Assembly: GCA_035285545.1 (NCBI GenBank)
Contig: JAYKGY010000104.1
Coordinates: 1 to 64,000, forward strand
Reading direction: 5' to 3'
Length of the DNA: 64,000 nt
From: Snowella sp.
GTDB taxonomy: Bacteria > Cyanobacteriota > Cyanobacteriia > Cyanobacteriales > Microcystaceae
This document shows, piece after piece, positions 51,901 to 60,317 of the stretch. The first letter of the stretch is position 1. Each line of letters begins with the position of its first letter. The notes beneath the pieces are model-generated. The model was not told where the DNA came from. It did no database searches and worked only from the letters and a program-made list of their open reading frames with translations. A program made the position numbers and the translations under genes.

Positions 51901-52055
51901 GCTCCATTATCCGTGGAATTCGGATCGTCGAGAGAAAAAGCGGGGAGGTCGATAAATTCGCCAAAGGCTTCAGGCGGTATGGGCTTTTCATCCCAATCTA
52001 AAGGCGGGTTTTGGTTAGGATCGGGCATATCCGATTTCGCAGAAGTCTGAGTCAT
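48957..52055 (-). CDS. pixJ1: Cyanobacteriochrome photoreceptor MCP (2 TM, HAMP, 2 GAF, MA domain)
   Basis: Second GAF has DPCF (DXCF) and CH motifs; MCP core [29 protein letters not shown]. Confidence 0.88.
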   Translation of the reverse strand: MTQTSAKSDMPDPNQNPPLDWDEKPIPPEAFGEFIDLPAFSLDDPNSTDNGAETASIDEIPPDLLFNETNSDGNAQEALFGDALFSSEPFSVEAQPDNLSIPDLASEILQTHNPAPESLPELAAPSPVPEAQPQRQEPIALREETSAEPEAIAPVEEVIQPEPLQLPTFTPPAEPPNVPELSIPSFSPAIAPPKTPAPKPLTYTAPSSPSMDTPPPTGGGLGIRPKAILLALLASVIPVAVLGGINYSQIASTLDQKASGPVTEVSTQIKDKLQQNLWLGIIATAGIVGAIAYVIAGQSSGSLRRLGQRITTVSQESLDLPLSYQGNDEIAKAEAAIAALSQQVQALRQEKALSLQQSQLLTEIASGNIPDQTALSGIIQRTLEQAQTLLGLDRLVFYHGAPHQGNTTVHEAVVPNYPRVLTDNQPHPLFNRDASQQISIINDVSSANLGSVHYQWLFHYQVRASLSVPLLRQNELIGLLTAHHCDQSYRWQDQERQFLQQLAEQLQTLLERVSLLQERRDAAKLAQILKEITLKISAELNTEGVFDVAVNEIRRGLRADRVIVYRFDETWAGTIIAESVGEGFPIALGAQINDPCFAQNYVNKYRKGRIQATPNIEEAGLTPCHLGQLKPFGVKANLVAPIIRNDELLGLLIAHQCAAPRNWEQGEIDFFGQLATQVGLALERATLIEQQRLGEIEQRQEKEKLQKRAFELLMEVDPVSRGDLTIRAHVTEDEIGTIADSYNATIENLRRIVTDVQKATTQFADTTNTNETAVRTLSQEAERQADDIAQALERLQSMTQSIQAVAANAELAETAVQQATQTVDMGEDAMNRTVDGILAIRETVAATAKKVKRLGESSQKISKVVNLIGSFADQTNLLALNAAIEAAHAGEEGRGFAVVADEVRSLARQSAEATAEIGDLVASIQAETNEVVAAMEAGTEQVVTGTKLVDETRKSLNQITAASAQISELVGAIAAAAVEQSQTSQSVTQTMAQVAAISDKTSSEAVQVSNAFKELLAVAQSLQDSVRQFKVE

Positions 52056-52170
52056 GAAAGATAACCTCGCAATGAAGTCCTGTCTGGATTGGGTAAGTGG
52101 AGAAAGTTAAGACTATAAAAAATAAATTTTGAGCAAAAATTGGCTTTAAAAACGCTTTAAAACCCATGGA

Positions 52171-52740
52171 TCACTGATTTTTAAGCTTGGCAATAATGGA
52201 TTGACCATCGAGGGCTAACACAACATCGTTATTGGGCTTAACCCAAATCCCTCGTAAAAAGGAGATTAATTTGGCACTGATGCTGGCGGTTGGGGGTGAA
52301 TGAAGTTCATCGGTATTACACCACTCAATGTCTTCTACTCGACTGACGACTAAACCAAGCATTTGGTTGCGATCTTGATTCATAAAGCTCCGTTTTCGTT
52401 GATTTTGCTCAAAGCTAATATCTCCATTCAAAATAATGGCCCGATAATGCGATCGCGCAACGGATTGTTGATGCCAAGGCGTTAGACCAACTAGATAACC
52501 GAGATCGACCATCCACAAAATTTCCCCCCGCCAGTTGTACACCCCTAACACCCAAGGCGGCAGATGGGGAATGGGGACAATTTGGCCTAGCCCGATAGTG
52601 AGTACCTCTGAAAGTTGGGCCACAGGCAACATCGCGGCGGTATCCGGCTCTAGGTGAAATCGCAAAAACTGCTGTTGAGATCGGCGATCTAGTTTGCGGG
52701 TTGAGCGGGAATCGGAAGCAGAAATAAACTCAGAAACCAC
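52171..52740 (-). CDS. pixI: CheW-like protein
   Basis: PIPHLPPWVLGVYNWRGEILWMVDL; operon position. Confidence 0.87.
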   Translation of the reverse strand: MVSEFISASDSRSTRKLDRRSQQQFLRFHLEPDTAAMLPVAQLSEVLTIGLGQIVPIPHLPPWVLGVYNWRGEILWMVDLGYLVGLTPWHQQSVARSHYRAIILNGDISFEQNQRKRSFMNQDRNQMLGLVVSRVEDIEWCNTDELHSPPTASISAKLISFLRGIWVKPNNDVVLALDGQSIIAKLKNQ

Positions 52741-52853
52741 AGGGGCAACTCCTAACGGACGAATGGGCAGCAGAGGAAAAACCTCGAAAATGGTAAAAAT
52801 GGGAATGACTTAATCGTTGGATGGCGATCGCTGTATTCTAGGTTCCCAAGGGG

Positions 52854-53219
52854 CTAATTTTTTAAAAATTGTTTAACGGTAGTATTAAAAATCTCTTGAT
52901 CAATCGGTTTAGTGATATAGGCATCGGCTCCCTGTCGTTTTCCCCAAAACTTGTCCATATCGGTGTCTTTGGTGGAACAAATGATAACGGGAATAGATTT
53001 GGTTTTTTCCATTCCTTTAATTTCTCGACAGATTTCAAAGCCGCTTCGACCAGGAAGAACAACATCTAGAATGACGAGATCTGGCGTTTGCTGAGTCAGC
53101 TTTTCTAATCCTTCTTCTCCACTGGTCGCGACGGTAACGGCGATCCCTAATTTCTGACAAAAATCGGTTATGATGGTTCGTTCTGTGATGGAGTCTTCAA
53201 TTAAAAGGACAGTCCCCAT
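52854..53219 (-). CDS. pixH: CheY-like response regulator
   Basis: Single receiver domain with DVVLP and WGKRQGADAYITKP. Confidence 0.88.
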   Translation of the reverse strand: MGTVLLIEDSITERTIITDFCQKLGIAVTVATSGEEGLEKLTQQTPDLVILDVVLPGRSGFEICREIKGMEKTKSIPVIICSTKDTDMDKFWGKRQGADAYITKPIDQEIFNTTVKQFLKN

Positions 53220-53300
53220 AAATATACCTACCTCTCCAGGTCAATAATTTGGAAAATCACTCAAGTTAGTCTTAAAACACACACACGGAATCCAGGATAG

Positions 53301-54503
53301 CTAAACCACTTCTCCTTGCCCAATATATTTGCGGATAGTGCCTAGCACCTGTTCAGGGTTAACGGGTTTCCCTAAAAAGTCCGTTGAACCGACCATTTTG
53401 GCCCTAACCCGATCCACAATGCCATCATTCCCCGTCAGGATCACGATAGGAGTATTGCGGAAGATAGTCAGCCGCCGCAGTTGTCCACAAATTTCGTAAC
53501 CATTGGCATTGGGCATCACTAAATCTAAAAAGATCAGTTCAGGTTTACGCGCCAATAAGATCGCGATCGCCCGTAGGGGATCATTAATACCAATAAATTG
53601 ATAATTGGCCGCCGTCAGAATTTTTTCTAGGGTTTGGCACATCAATGGACTGTCATCAATGCAGGCAATTAACGGCCCAGTGGGAACATTGGGAGCCGTC
53701 ACCACTCCCGCAGCCGGGGGCGTAATCGGGGGAGCTAAATCGGGAATGCGGATCAACTCCACTAACCCCAACTGTAGGTAAGGTAAGAGGGAAGTCGTCA
53801 CACTTAACACATCCCGTTTCATGCGAACGCCCAAGTCCCGTAACGTTTGGTGCCCATCTAATAACTGTTTCAGCGTTTGAAAGACCTGGGGAGAGGTGCG
53901 CTGTTGCAGTTGTTCGTGTTGACGAATGACGGGAGCCGTATTGGGAGAGCGATCAGCAATCTTTGCCGCTTGCCAATTTTGCCAAAGTTGTTGAGATTCT
54001 GCAATAACCTGATCCGCATCAATCAGGACAAGGCGAGTAGACAACAAATTATCTTGCCGCAAATCACAAGACACTTCCATGCTTTGGGTAATATCAAACA
54101 GCACTTCCGTAATGGTTGCGCGAATCAGACGGGCAGCTTGCTCTCTGGTGACTTTTTGTTGCTCCACCCAAAGACACAACAATTGATATTCCCAACACAG
54201 TTGCAGATCATGGGGATCTAAGCTCGCCAGATCTAATTGGATGCAGGAAAGATTAGCGGCAATCTGGGGTAAATACAGCGCAATTTGTCGTCTCCAACGC
54301 CTAACCGCATGAACTCCCCCCGTAGCGTACATAATCCGCCCTAAATAGAGGTAGAAAACCCACTGCTCTCCCGTTGGACTGGTTAACAACAGTTGACCAC
54401 TAAATCGAGGTTGTTTGAGTCCCTCGAAGAAGCTTGTCTGTCGAGAAGCGGTGAATTCATGGATGGGAATGGAATGAGACGAAGGAAATTGAGCAGTCAT
54501 CAT
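53301..54503 (-). CDS. pixG: PatA-family response regulator (PATAN + receiver)
   Basis: FSGQL...W.FYLYLGR PATAN domain; C-terminal ACIDDSP receiver; first gene of the operon. Confidence 0.88.
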   Translation of the reverse strand: MMTAQFPSSHSIPIHEFTASRQTSFFEGLKQPRFSGQLLLTSPTGEQWVFYLYLGRIMYATGGVHAVRRWRRQIALYLPQIAANLSCIQLDLASLDPHDLQLCWEYQLLCLWVEQQKVTREQAARLIRATITEVLFDITQSMEVSCDLRQDNLLSTRLVLIDADQVIAESQQLWQNWQAAKIADRSPNTAPVIRQHEQLQQRTSPQVFQTLKQLLDGHQTLRDLGVRMKRDVLSVTTSLLPYLQLGLVELIRIPDLAPPITPPAAGVVTAPNVPTGPLIACIDDSPLMCQTLEKILTAANYQFIGINDPLRAIAILLARKPELIFLDLVMPNANGYEICGQLRRLTIFRNTPIVILTGNDGIVDRVRAKMVGSTDFLGKPVNPEQVLGTIRKYIGQGEVV

Positions 54504-54851
54504 TTAAGCGATAATTCTAGTCACGCAACAAAACTCAGAGGCTACAGTTATAGTTTGCCCTGAAAAAAACCAAAACTAACAGACATTGCAAAGAAACTCA
54601 ATAAATATCGTCACTTCTTCCTCGAAATGTTTTTGATCAATCGGATAAAAGATTTTTAGAAAGCAAAGCTTTAGCTTAAGAACGTTTGACAGGCTGTCTA
54701 ACAAGTAGATTTTATGCAAAATATCCCCTTTCTCATGGGTTGTCACAAAAATTCTGGGACATTAATCCATTGAATCCATGAAATTTTGAGGAAAATCCCT
54801 CTCTACATCCTAATTAGGGAGCGTTAAGATATTAACGAGCATTCCAAACAT

Positions 54852-55145
54852 TCAAATTTGGAGATTATGGAAAAAGTTAATAATTCTTTCTTCTGCTTGA
54901 ATAGCAGGGAAAAATATTCGATATTCCCATCCTTCTCCTGTGGGGTGATCTCTTTTAGTAATGTAATCCTGTCTTGGTTTGCTTTTGCCTTCTATTCCAG
55001 TGTAATTTTCTACAGCATGAAAGATAGTTACTCTCGCAGCCATATAACTAAGTAAATACAAGAAAAATAAACCAAGCAATGTTGTGGGCAACTTACCAAG
55101 TTTTAGCATAGGTAGCGAGATAATCAGAGCCAAAATTGATCCCAA
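54852..55145 (-). CDS. Small hypothetical membrane protein (start uncertain)
   Basis: 97-aa ORF with hydrophobic N-terminus and TTG start; no recognised motif. Confidence 0.35.
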   Translation of the reverse strand: MGSILALIISLPMLKLGKLPTTLLGLFFLYLLSYMAARVTIFHAVENYTGIEGKSKPRQDYITKRDHPTGEGWEYRIFFPAIQAEERIINFFHNLQI

Positions 55146-55274
55146 TTTACCAGCATGTTACTTGCGATCGCATTTTCCCCCATCGTTATTCAGCAGTCCA
55201 ACGTCATCCGGTTGCAAATAAGTTCTTGTTGTAATTTAACCAGTTTTAGGCAATCTTAAAGAATTTTAGCTCAT

Positions 55275-56627
55275 TCATAGATTATAAGTTGCATAAAAAT
55301 CTTGATATAAGCGGCATTTTATGATTACTTTATTACCTTGCTTTTTGATTAGACCTAGATCCTTAAGTTGACTGACAAATTTATAATTAATAAATATGGA
55401 TTCTTCAGCAGTAAGAATGCGCTTAAAAACCTGAATTAGTTCGGGGAATTGTTGTAACGATAAAGCTTGTTGATAGAGAAAATGAATATAATCCCCCGTA
55501 TAATTTGATGAATTTTCCAAGAAGCTTTCTAAACTAATTGAAGTTGTTCTGAGTTTATATAAAGCCAGTCTTATTAAGTAAGGATGACCACCAAAACTTT
55601 TGATCAAACTATTAATTTGTTCATCTGAAAGTTGTAATTGATGATTAAGGATTAAATTCTGAATTTGTATTTTTTGAAAATCTTCTAATTCAACTAATGC
55701 TCCTAAATTAAAGAGACTAGAATCAATAGAAAAGAAATTAGCAGTAGAAGTAGAATAAGCAATAATAAAACGTATCTTTTGCCAACACGTTTGGGACTTA
55801 GCTCTTTCATGCCAACTACGAAGTAGGCTTAAAAAATTCTGAGTTATTTCTATACTTACAAAAAGACGATCTAAATCATCTATTGCCAAAACTAGCGGCT
55901 GATGTAAGCTCGGTAAAATATAATTTTCTAAATATTGAGTACAACAATCATTGCTACCCAAAATATTTGAATTCCAGTAACGATTTAAAGCATTTTCTAA
56001 ATTTAATTCTCGTCCAAGGATTAAACATAACCATTGTAAAAATTGATCTCCATTATTTAAAATATGAGACTCTAGGCTGAATAGGTCTAAATAAAGCGTT
56101 TGATAAAATTGGATTTTAGCTTGATATAAAATTTTTTTGAGCAAAGATGTTTTACCCATCAGTGGCGGCGATCGCAGTTGAAGCAATGCTCCAGGCTGAT
56201 TAATTAATTGATGGCAAAAGGATTCATAGTGGCGTTCTTGGTATAACGGAGAATCAGGAGGAACAGAACCTTCAGGGAAAGGAAAATCAGTTAAGGAGAA
56301 ATGATTTACTATAGAGTGTGAAGAAGCACTTTCGTTGTTTTCTTGCTTTTGGCTAAACTCCTCTATAATTGTTTTAAAATTACTTTTAGTAACAGACTTT
56401 CCAAAAGCTAAGGAAAGTTTTTGCCATAGTTTCGGGCCAACATCTCCTCGCAAATAGTTGACAGACAGATAACGTTGTTGAGCAATCTGATTATAGGTTA
56501 AGCCTTCCCATACATCTTGCAATAGGTTTAAATGTATATCTTTTAACGGTTCGCCAAAATGGGCGAGAACAACAGTATCGATGATTTGTCTTGCCTGTTC
56601 CCAGGTAAAAGTCAATTTAGCACTCAC
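55275..56627 (-). CDS. HTH + AAA_35 (STAND-like) ATPase
   Basis: N-terminal WEGLTY.QIA....S.NYLRGDVGPKLWQKLS..FGK.VTK.NF (vWA-MoxR-associated-type HTH); G.VP.DSP.Y.ER, Walker A PPLMGKTS, Walker B LAIDDLD, GGHPYL. Confidence 0.85.
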   Translation of the reverse strand: MSAKLTFTWEQARQIIDTVVLAHFGEPLKDIHLNLLQDVWEGLTYNQIAQQRYLSVNYLRGDVGPKLWQKLSLAFGKSVTKSNFKTIIEEFSQKQENNESASSHSIVNHFSLTDFPFPEGSVPPDSPLYQERHYESFCHQLINQPGALLQLRSPPLMGKTSLLKKILYQAKIQFYQTLYLDLFSLESHILNNGDQFLQWLCLILGRELNLENALNRYWNSNILGSNDCCTQYLENYILPSLHQPLVLAIDDLDRLFVSIEITQNFLSLLRSWHERAKSQTCWQKIRFIIAYSTSTANFFSIDSSLFNLGALVELEDFQKIQIQNLILNHQLQLSDEQINSLIKSFGGHPYLIRLALYKLRTTSISLESFLENSSNYTGDYIHFLYQQALSLQQFPELIQVFKRILTAEESIFINYKFVSQLKDLGLIKKQGNKVIIKCRLYQDFYATYNL

Positions 56628-57092
56628 AAAGGGTTTAGATTCAGCAGTACTTGCAGATGAGGATCAAGGATCCAGACAAATAGTAAAAATATCTCTAACG
56701 AGTAGCTGCATGAGGATTATTATTGACTATCTCTGACTTAAGAACAATCTTTTGAGTTTCCTTATCTCCTGATTATCTGGAAGTACTACTGATTTTCGCT
56801 AGATGTATTTTTCTTTAAACCCAATTGTTATCATCTATTCAACACAGATGTTTCAGCACTGCCTTGAAAAATAAAATGGGAAGTGCGCGCTTCGCTTTAT
56901 TCTTTAGCTGATACAGGATAGGTCTGTCAGTATTAATAGTATGGTGCTCTATCAAAAAGACATATCATACATTTTAAGGGTGTTATTAGAGTTATGAACA
57001 GAATTTGAATCTATAATTTTGGGATGATTACTGAAAAAAGCTTATGATCGTTAATGATGTTTACGCAGTGTAATCTTCGCCTTGAATTCTCA

Positions 57093-57128
57093 AAAAATAC
57101 AGACAAAAATACAGACAAAAATACAGAC
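57093..57128. repeat. Three perfect 12-bp direct repeats AAAAATACAGAC
   Basis: Copies at 57093-57104, 57105-57116 and 57117-57128 in the divergent intergenic region. Confidence 0.95.
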
Positions 57129-57604
57129 TTAAGCATGAAAAATTTTCAATATAAGCTGACCGTTTAAACAAAAAATCAGTATCCATCAAAATAAAGTTTA
57201 CAGATATTATTCCTGAGCATTAAGGATTGAAAAATTTAATTTTTAGCTGCAAAATAATAAAAAATAGCCAATTCAGTCCAGTGATTTTTTATCTTAATCA
57301 ATCAAAGTAGAGCATTAGTTTTGTTGTAAAACTGGTTTGTGATTGGTCAAAATTCATTTAATTTTTCTTAGTATGATTGTTTTTGATAAATTGCATACTA
57401 AGAGTTTGCAGCGTAGAGATTCTTGAACTTTATTTAAAAACAAGGTTAATGAATTTAATCTATAAATTTAAGCCGGTTTAGGTAAGTAGTTTGGGCAAAA
57501 ATCAACTTCTTATCATATTTTTTACAAAAAACTTAGATTTATTCTGCTCTGCATTAGTTAAAACTTGAAATGGTAAACAATATCTCAGGTTAAGGAGATA
57601 AATA

Positions 57605-58384
57605 ATGCTTTTTAGCAAAGACAAAGATCTTCACTATTCATCAACTTTATCTACGAGTAAGCATAATGTAAATAGTAAGCATAATGTAAAAACAAAATGG
57701 ACAGAAAAAAATACTCGTTTAAGTCCCCAAGTTAATTTTAATTTAAATAAAAAGGAAATTTTCCACAACGCTTCTTTTGTAGAATCTTCCAAGCTTGAGA
57801 ATAATTGTTTTCCCGTCTCAAAAAAAGAATTAAAAAAAAGACAAAATAAGTCTGAAATTCAAATTTTGTTTTGGAAATATTGGTTAGAACACGAATCCTA
57901 TCTATATCGCTGTTGTTTGAATTGGCTTAATTATCATCAAACTAATAGCGAGGAACTTTTACACAGTGGAATGCTAAAAGCTTATCAAAAATTTCTTCAA
58001 TATTATAGCCAGATTCGTAATATTAAGGCTTGGTTAAGACAAGTTATTTATCATCTTTATATCGATCAATATCGTAAAAATAATTACCATTTTTCTTCTA
58101 TAGAAGCGTTTAAAGATATATTAATTTCTCCTGATTGTTATTCGCCCCATTCAATCATTACGCTTCAAGAAATCAAAGAAATATTTCAACAGGTTCTGAG
58201 TCAGTTACCACCTCAACTATCTCAATCTTTTTATTTACGTTTTTATGAAGAGAAATCTTATGAAGATATTGCGCGATCGCTGTCAATTTCCGTTTGTAAC
58301 GCGAGGAAGCGAGTACAACTAGCCAGAGACAAATTAAAACAACATTTAGCTTCTTACTTAGGTAATAATTTTTTTGAAAATTGA
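57605..58384 (+). CDS. ECF-type (sigma-70 group 4) RNA polymerase sigma factor
   Basis: Region 2-like LYRCCL.W...EELL...MLKA...KAWL.QV...LYID..RK; region 4 LSQLP...F.LRFYEEKSYEDIA..L.IS..NARKRV..AR.KLK; AAGGAG RBS. Confidence 0.85.
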   Translation: MLFSKDKDLHYSSTLSTSKHNVNSKHNVKTKWTEKNTRLSPQVNFNLNKKEIFHNASFVESSKLENNCFPVSKKELKKRQNKSEIQILFWKYWLEHESYLYRCCLNWLNYHQTNSEELLHSGMLKAYQKFLQYYSQIRNIKAWLRQVIYHLYIDQYRKNNYHFSSIEAFKDILISPDCYSPHSIITLQEIKEIFQQVLSQLPPQLSQSFYLRFYEEKSYEDIARSLSISVCNARKRVQLARDKLKQHLASYLGNNFFEN

Positions 58385-58449
58385 TTAAATGGCAGGTGAT
58401 CATGTTAGAATAACCATCTTCTAGGCAAACAGTTTTCAAATCTAGGATA

Positions 58450-59895
58450 TTACAGAAGAGAATCGTTGCGAAAGAAAAAACGTAATAATTCCCAGGCTAA
58501 ACTAGCTTGGTTCCTTTGTAAACGGACTAGTCCCATGCCTTGTAGTTGAAATCCTTGTTCTGCTTCACAGGTAGTTGGATTGGTTTGTTGAATAATGGTG
58601 TTAAATAATTCTAAAAGTTGAGGATAGCGTTGTAAATTCCATTTCTGTTGTTGTAGGTGATCTGAATAAATGGTTAAAGCAATATCAGGATCATTGAATA
58701 AACTGTCTAGGGTAATTGTTTCTTGTAATAAATGATAAAAAAGCAATTGTAAACGATAGGGATGTCCGCCTAATAACCTATTGATTTGAAGCAGATTTTC
58801 ATCTGTAATTTCTTGTTCAAAGCAATGGGCTAATGCTCTAATTTGAGATAGATTAAATTCAGGTAATTTAATGACTAACCCTGTATTTAATAGGGACGGA
58901 TCAAGAGAAACCGGCCTTAATTTTTCTGTAGAATTAATAGTTACTAATCGCAGTTTACGCCAGATAGGATTGGTTTTAGCCTGTTCCGACCAGGTTCTTA
59001 GTAATAACAAAAATTCATTAGCAAGGGGAGGGTATTCAAATAATTGTGTCAGTTCGTCAATAGCTAAAATTAAGGGATGATCGCATTGGGAGAGAATGAG
59101 GTGTTCAAATAAAAATGTGATGTTTGTTTTAATACCTAAAGAATGATTCCATTCCCAATGATCATTGTCTCCATGAACCAAAGGAAGTTGTTTTTGAGCA
59201 ATTGCTAAAAGATCTAAAAGAAATTCTTTAAAATTTAAATTCTCTAAAACGTTCCTGTCTATTGCTTGTAAATTAATAGAAATAGCCCGATAATTTTGAG
59301 ATTTTCCGTAGGCTAAAATACGGGTCATTAAGGAAGTTTTTCCCATTTGTTTGGGCGCAGAAATATTAATCCAGACCCCCGGCTGTTGAATGGCTTCATA
59401 ACAACGAGATTCTGTGACAGGGCGATCAATATAATTGCTTGAATTTAGGGGAACTTGTCCCCCAGGTAAGGTCAAGGTGTACGGAAGCTGATTAGAACAC
59501 ATTTTTTGACTTAGTAAAACATTTTGATGGCTGTGGATTGTTTCTAGTTTGGGTTGGTACTCCCCTGGATTACTAGCCGTTAAATTGAATATTTCCAAAA
59601 AATCTTGCTCTGCTTTCGCGTACAGGTAGTCTTCTGGTAATAATGTCAGATGAAAAGCCGTAAAACAATTTTCTACCGTTCTTTTATCTACGGGGGCTGA
59701 ACCCGTAAAAATCTTGCTGAGGGTGGTAGGCGTTAAGCCTGTTTGTTCACTGAGGCTTTCGAGAGTATATCGTTTAAAGTTCTGCTCCACCTGTAACTCA
59801 ATCTTGGCTTGACAAAGTTTTTGTAAACCTTGCTGAGTTAAAGTCACTCCCCGCCGCCGTTCAGCTTTTCGAGCGGATGATTGCTGTAGTGACAT
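58450..59895 (-). CDS. XRE-like HTH + AAA_35 (STAND-like) ATPase
   Basis: RRRGV.LT.QG.QKL...YTLE.LSE.TGL...T..KI HTH; GQVPL.S..YIDR, Walker A APKQMGKTS, Walker B LAIDE, GGHPY. Confidence 0.85.
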   Translation of the reverse strand: MSLQQSSARKAERRRGVTLTQQGLQKLCQAKIELQVEQNFKRYTLESLSEQTGLTPTTLSKIFTGSAPVDKRTVENCFTAFHLTLLPEDYLYAKAEQDFLEIFNLTASNPGEYQPKLETIHSHQNVLLSQKMCSNQLPYTLTLPGGQVPLNSSNYIDRPVTESRCYEAIQQPGVWINISAPKQMGKTSLMTRILAYGKSQNYRAISINLQAIDRNVLENLNFKEFLLDLLAIAQKQLPLVHGDNDHWEWNHSLGIKTNITFLFEHLILSQCDHPLILAIDELTQLFEYPPLANEFLLLLRTWSEQAKTNPIWRKLRLVTINSTEKLRPVSLDPSLLNTGLVIKLPEFNLSQIRALAHCFEQEITDENLLQINRLLGGHPYRLQLLFYHLLQETITLDSLFNDPDIALTIYSDHLQQQKWNLQRYPQLLELFNTIIQQTNPTTCEAEQGFQLQGMGLVRLQRNQASLAWELLRFFFRNDSLL

Positions 59896-60317
59896 TTTTC
59901 TTATCCCTTCTATGAATTGATCAAGAAGGCCAAAGGTTTAAACGAATAGGCGATTCAGATTGGCCCTCTTTATATAAGACGAGGGAGAAATGATAGTGTG
60001 AAAAATTGGGTAAAAATTTCCCGGTTATCCCGATTTTTGTTACATTACGTAATATTTTGCTCATTAACTTAAGCTGTTGTTCCGTATAGATTGCTTAGGA
60101 ATCTACTTTAAAAGCTCGATAACGTTGGATTTAAACGCTTTGCCTATACGGGTTTTAGCTGAAATGGGTTCGTCAGATGGCTTCAACCTGAGGCTTAACT
60201 TTCAAGATAAAATTGCAAACTTTACTGGTGTTTTTTTGAATAAACCCCCATCATAGGCAAACCTGACATTTAAACCGATGGGCAGAGTTCATTTAATTTC
60301 CAGCAAGGATCATTAAG

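Noticed and set aside
60240..60300. GGCAAACC upstream of the YD-repeat gene suggested a c-di-GMP-I riboswitch
   Set aside because: No GAAA-tetraloop P2 stem or downstream GCAAAG...CTAA P3 pattern could be built; an Infernal search with the c-di-GMP-I model would settle it
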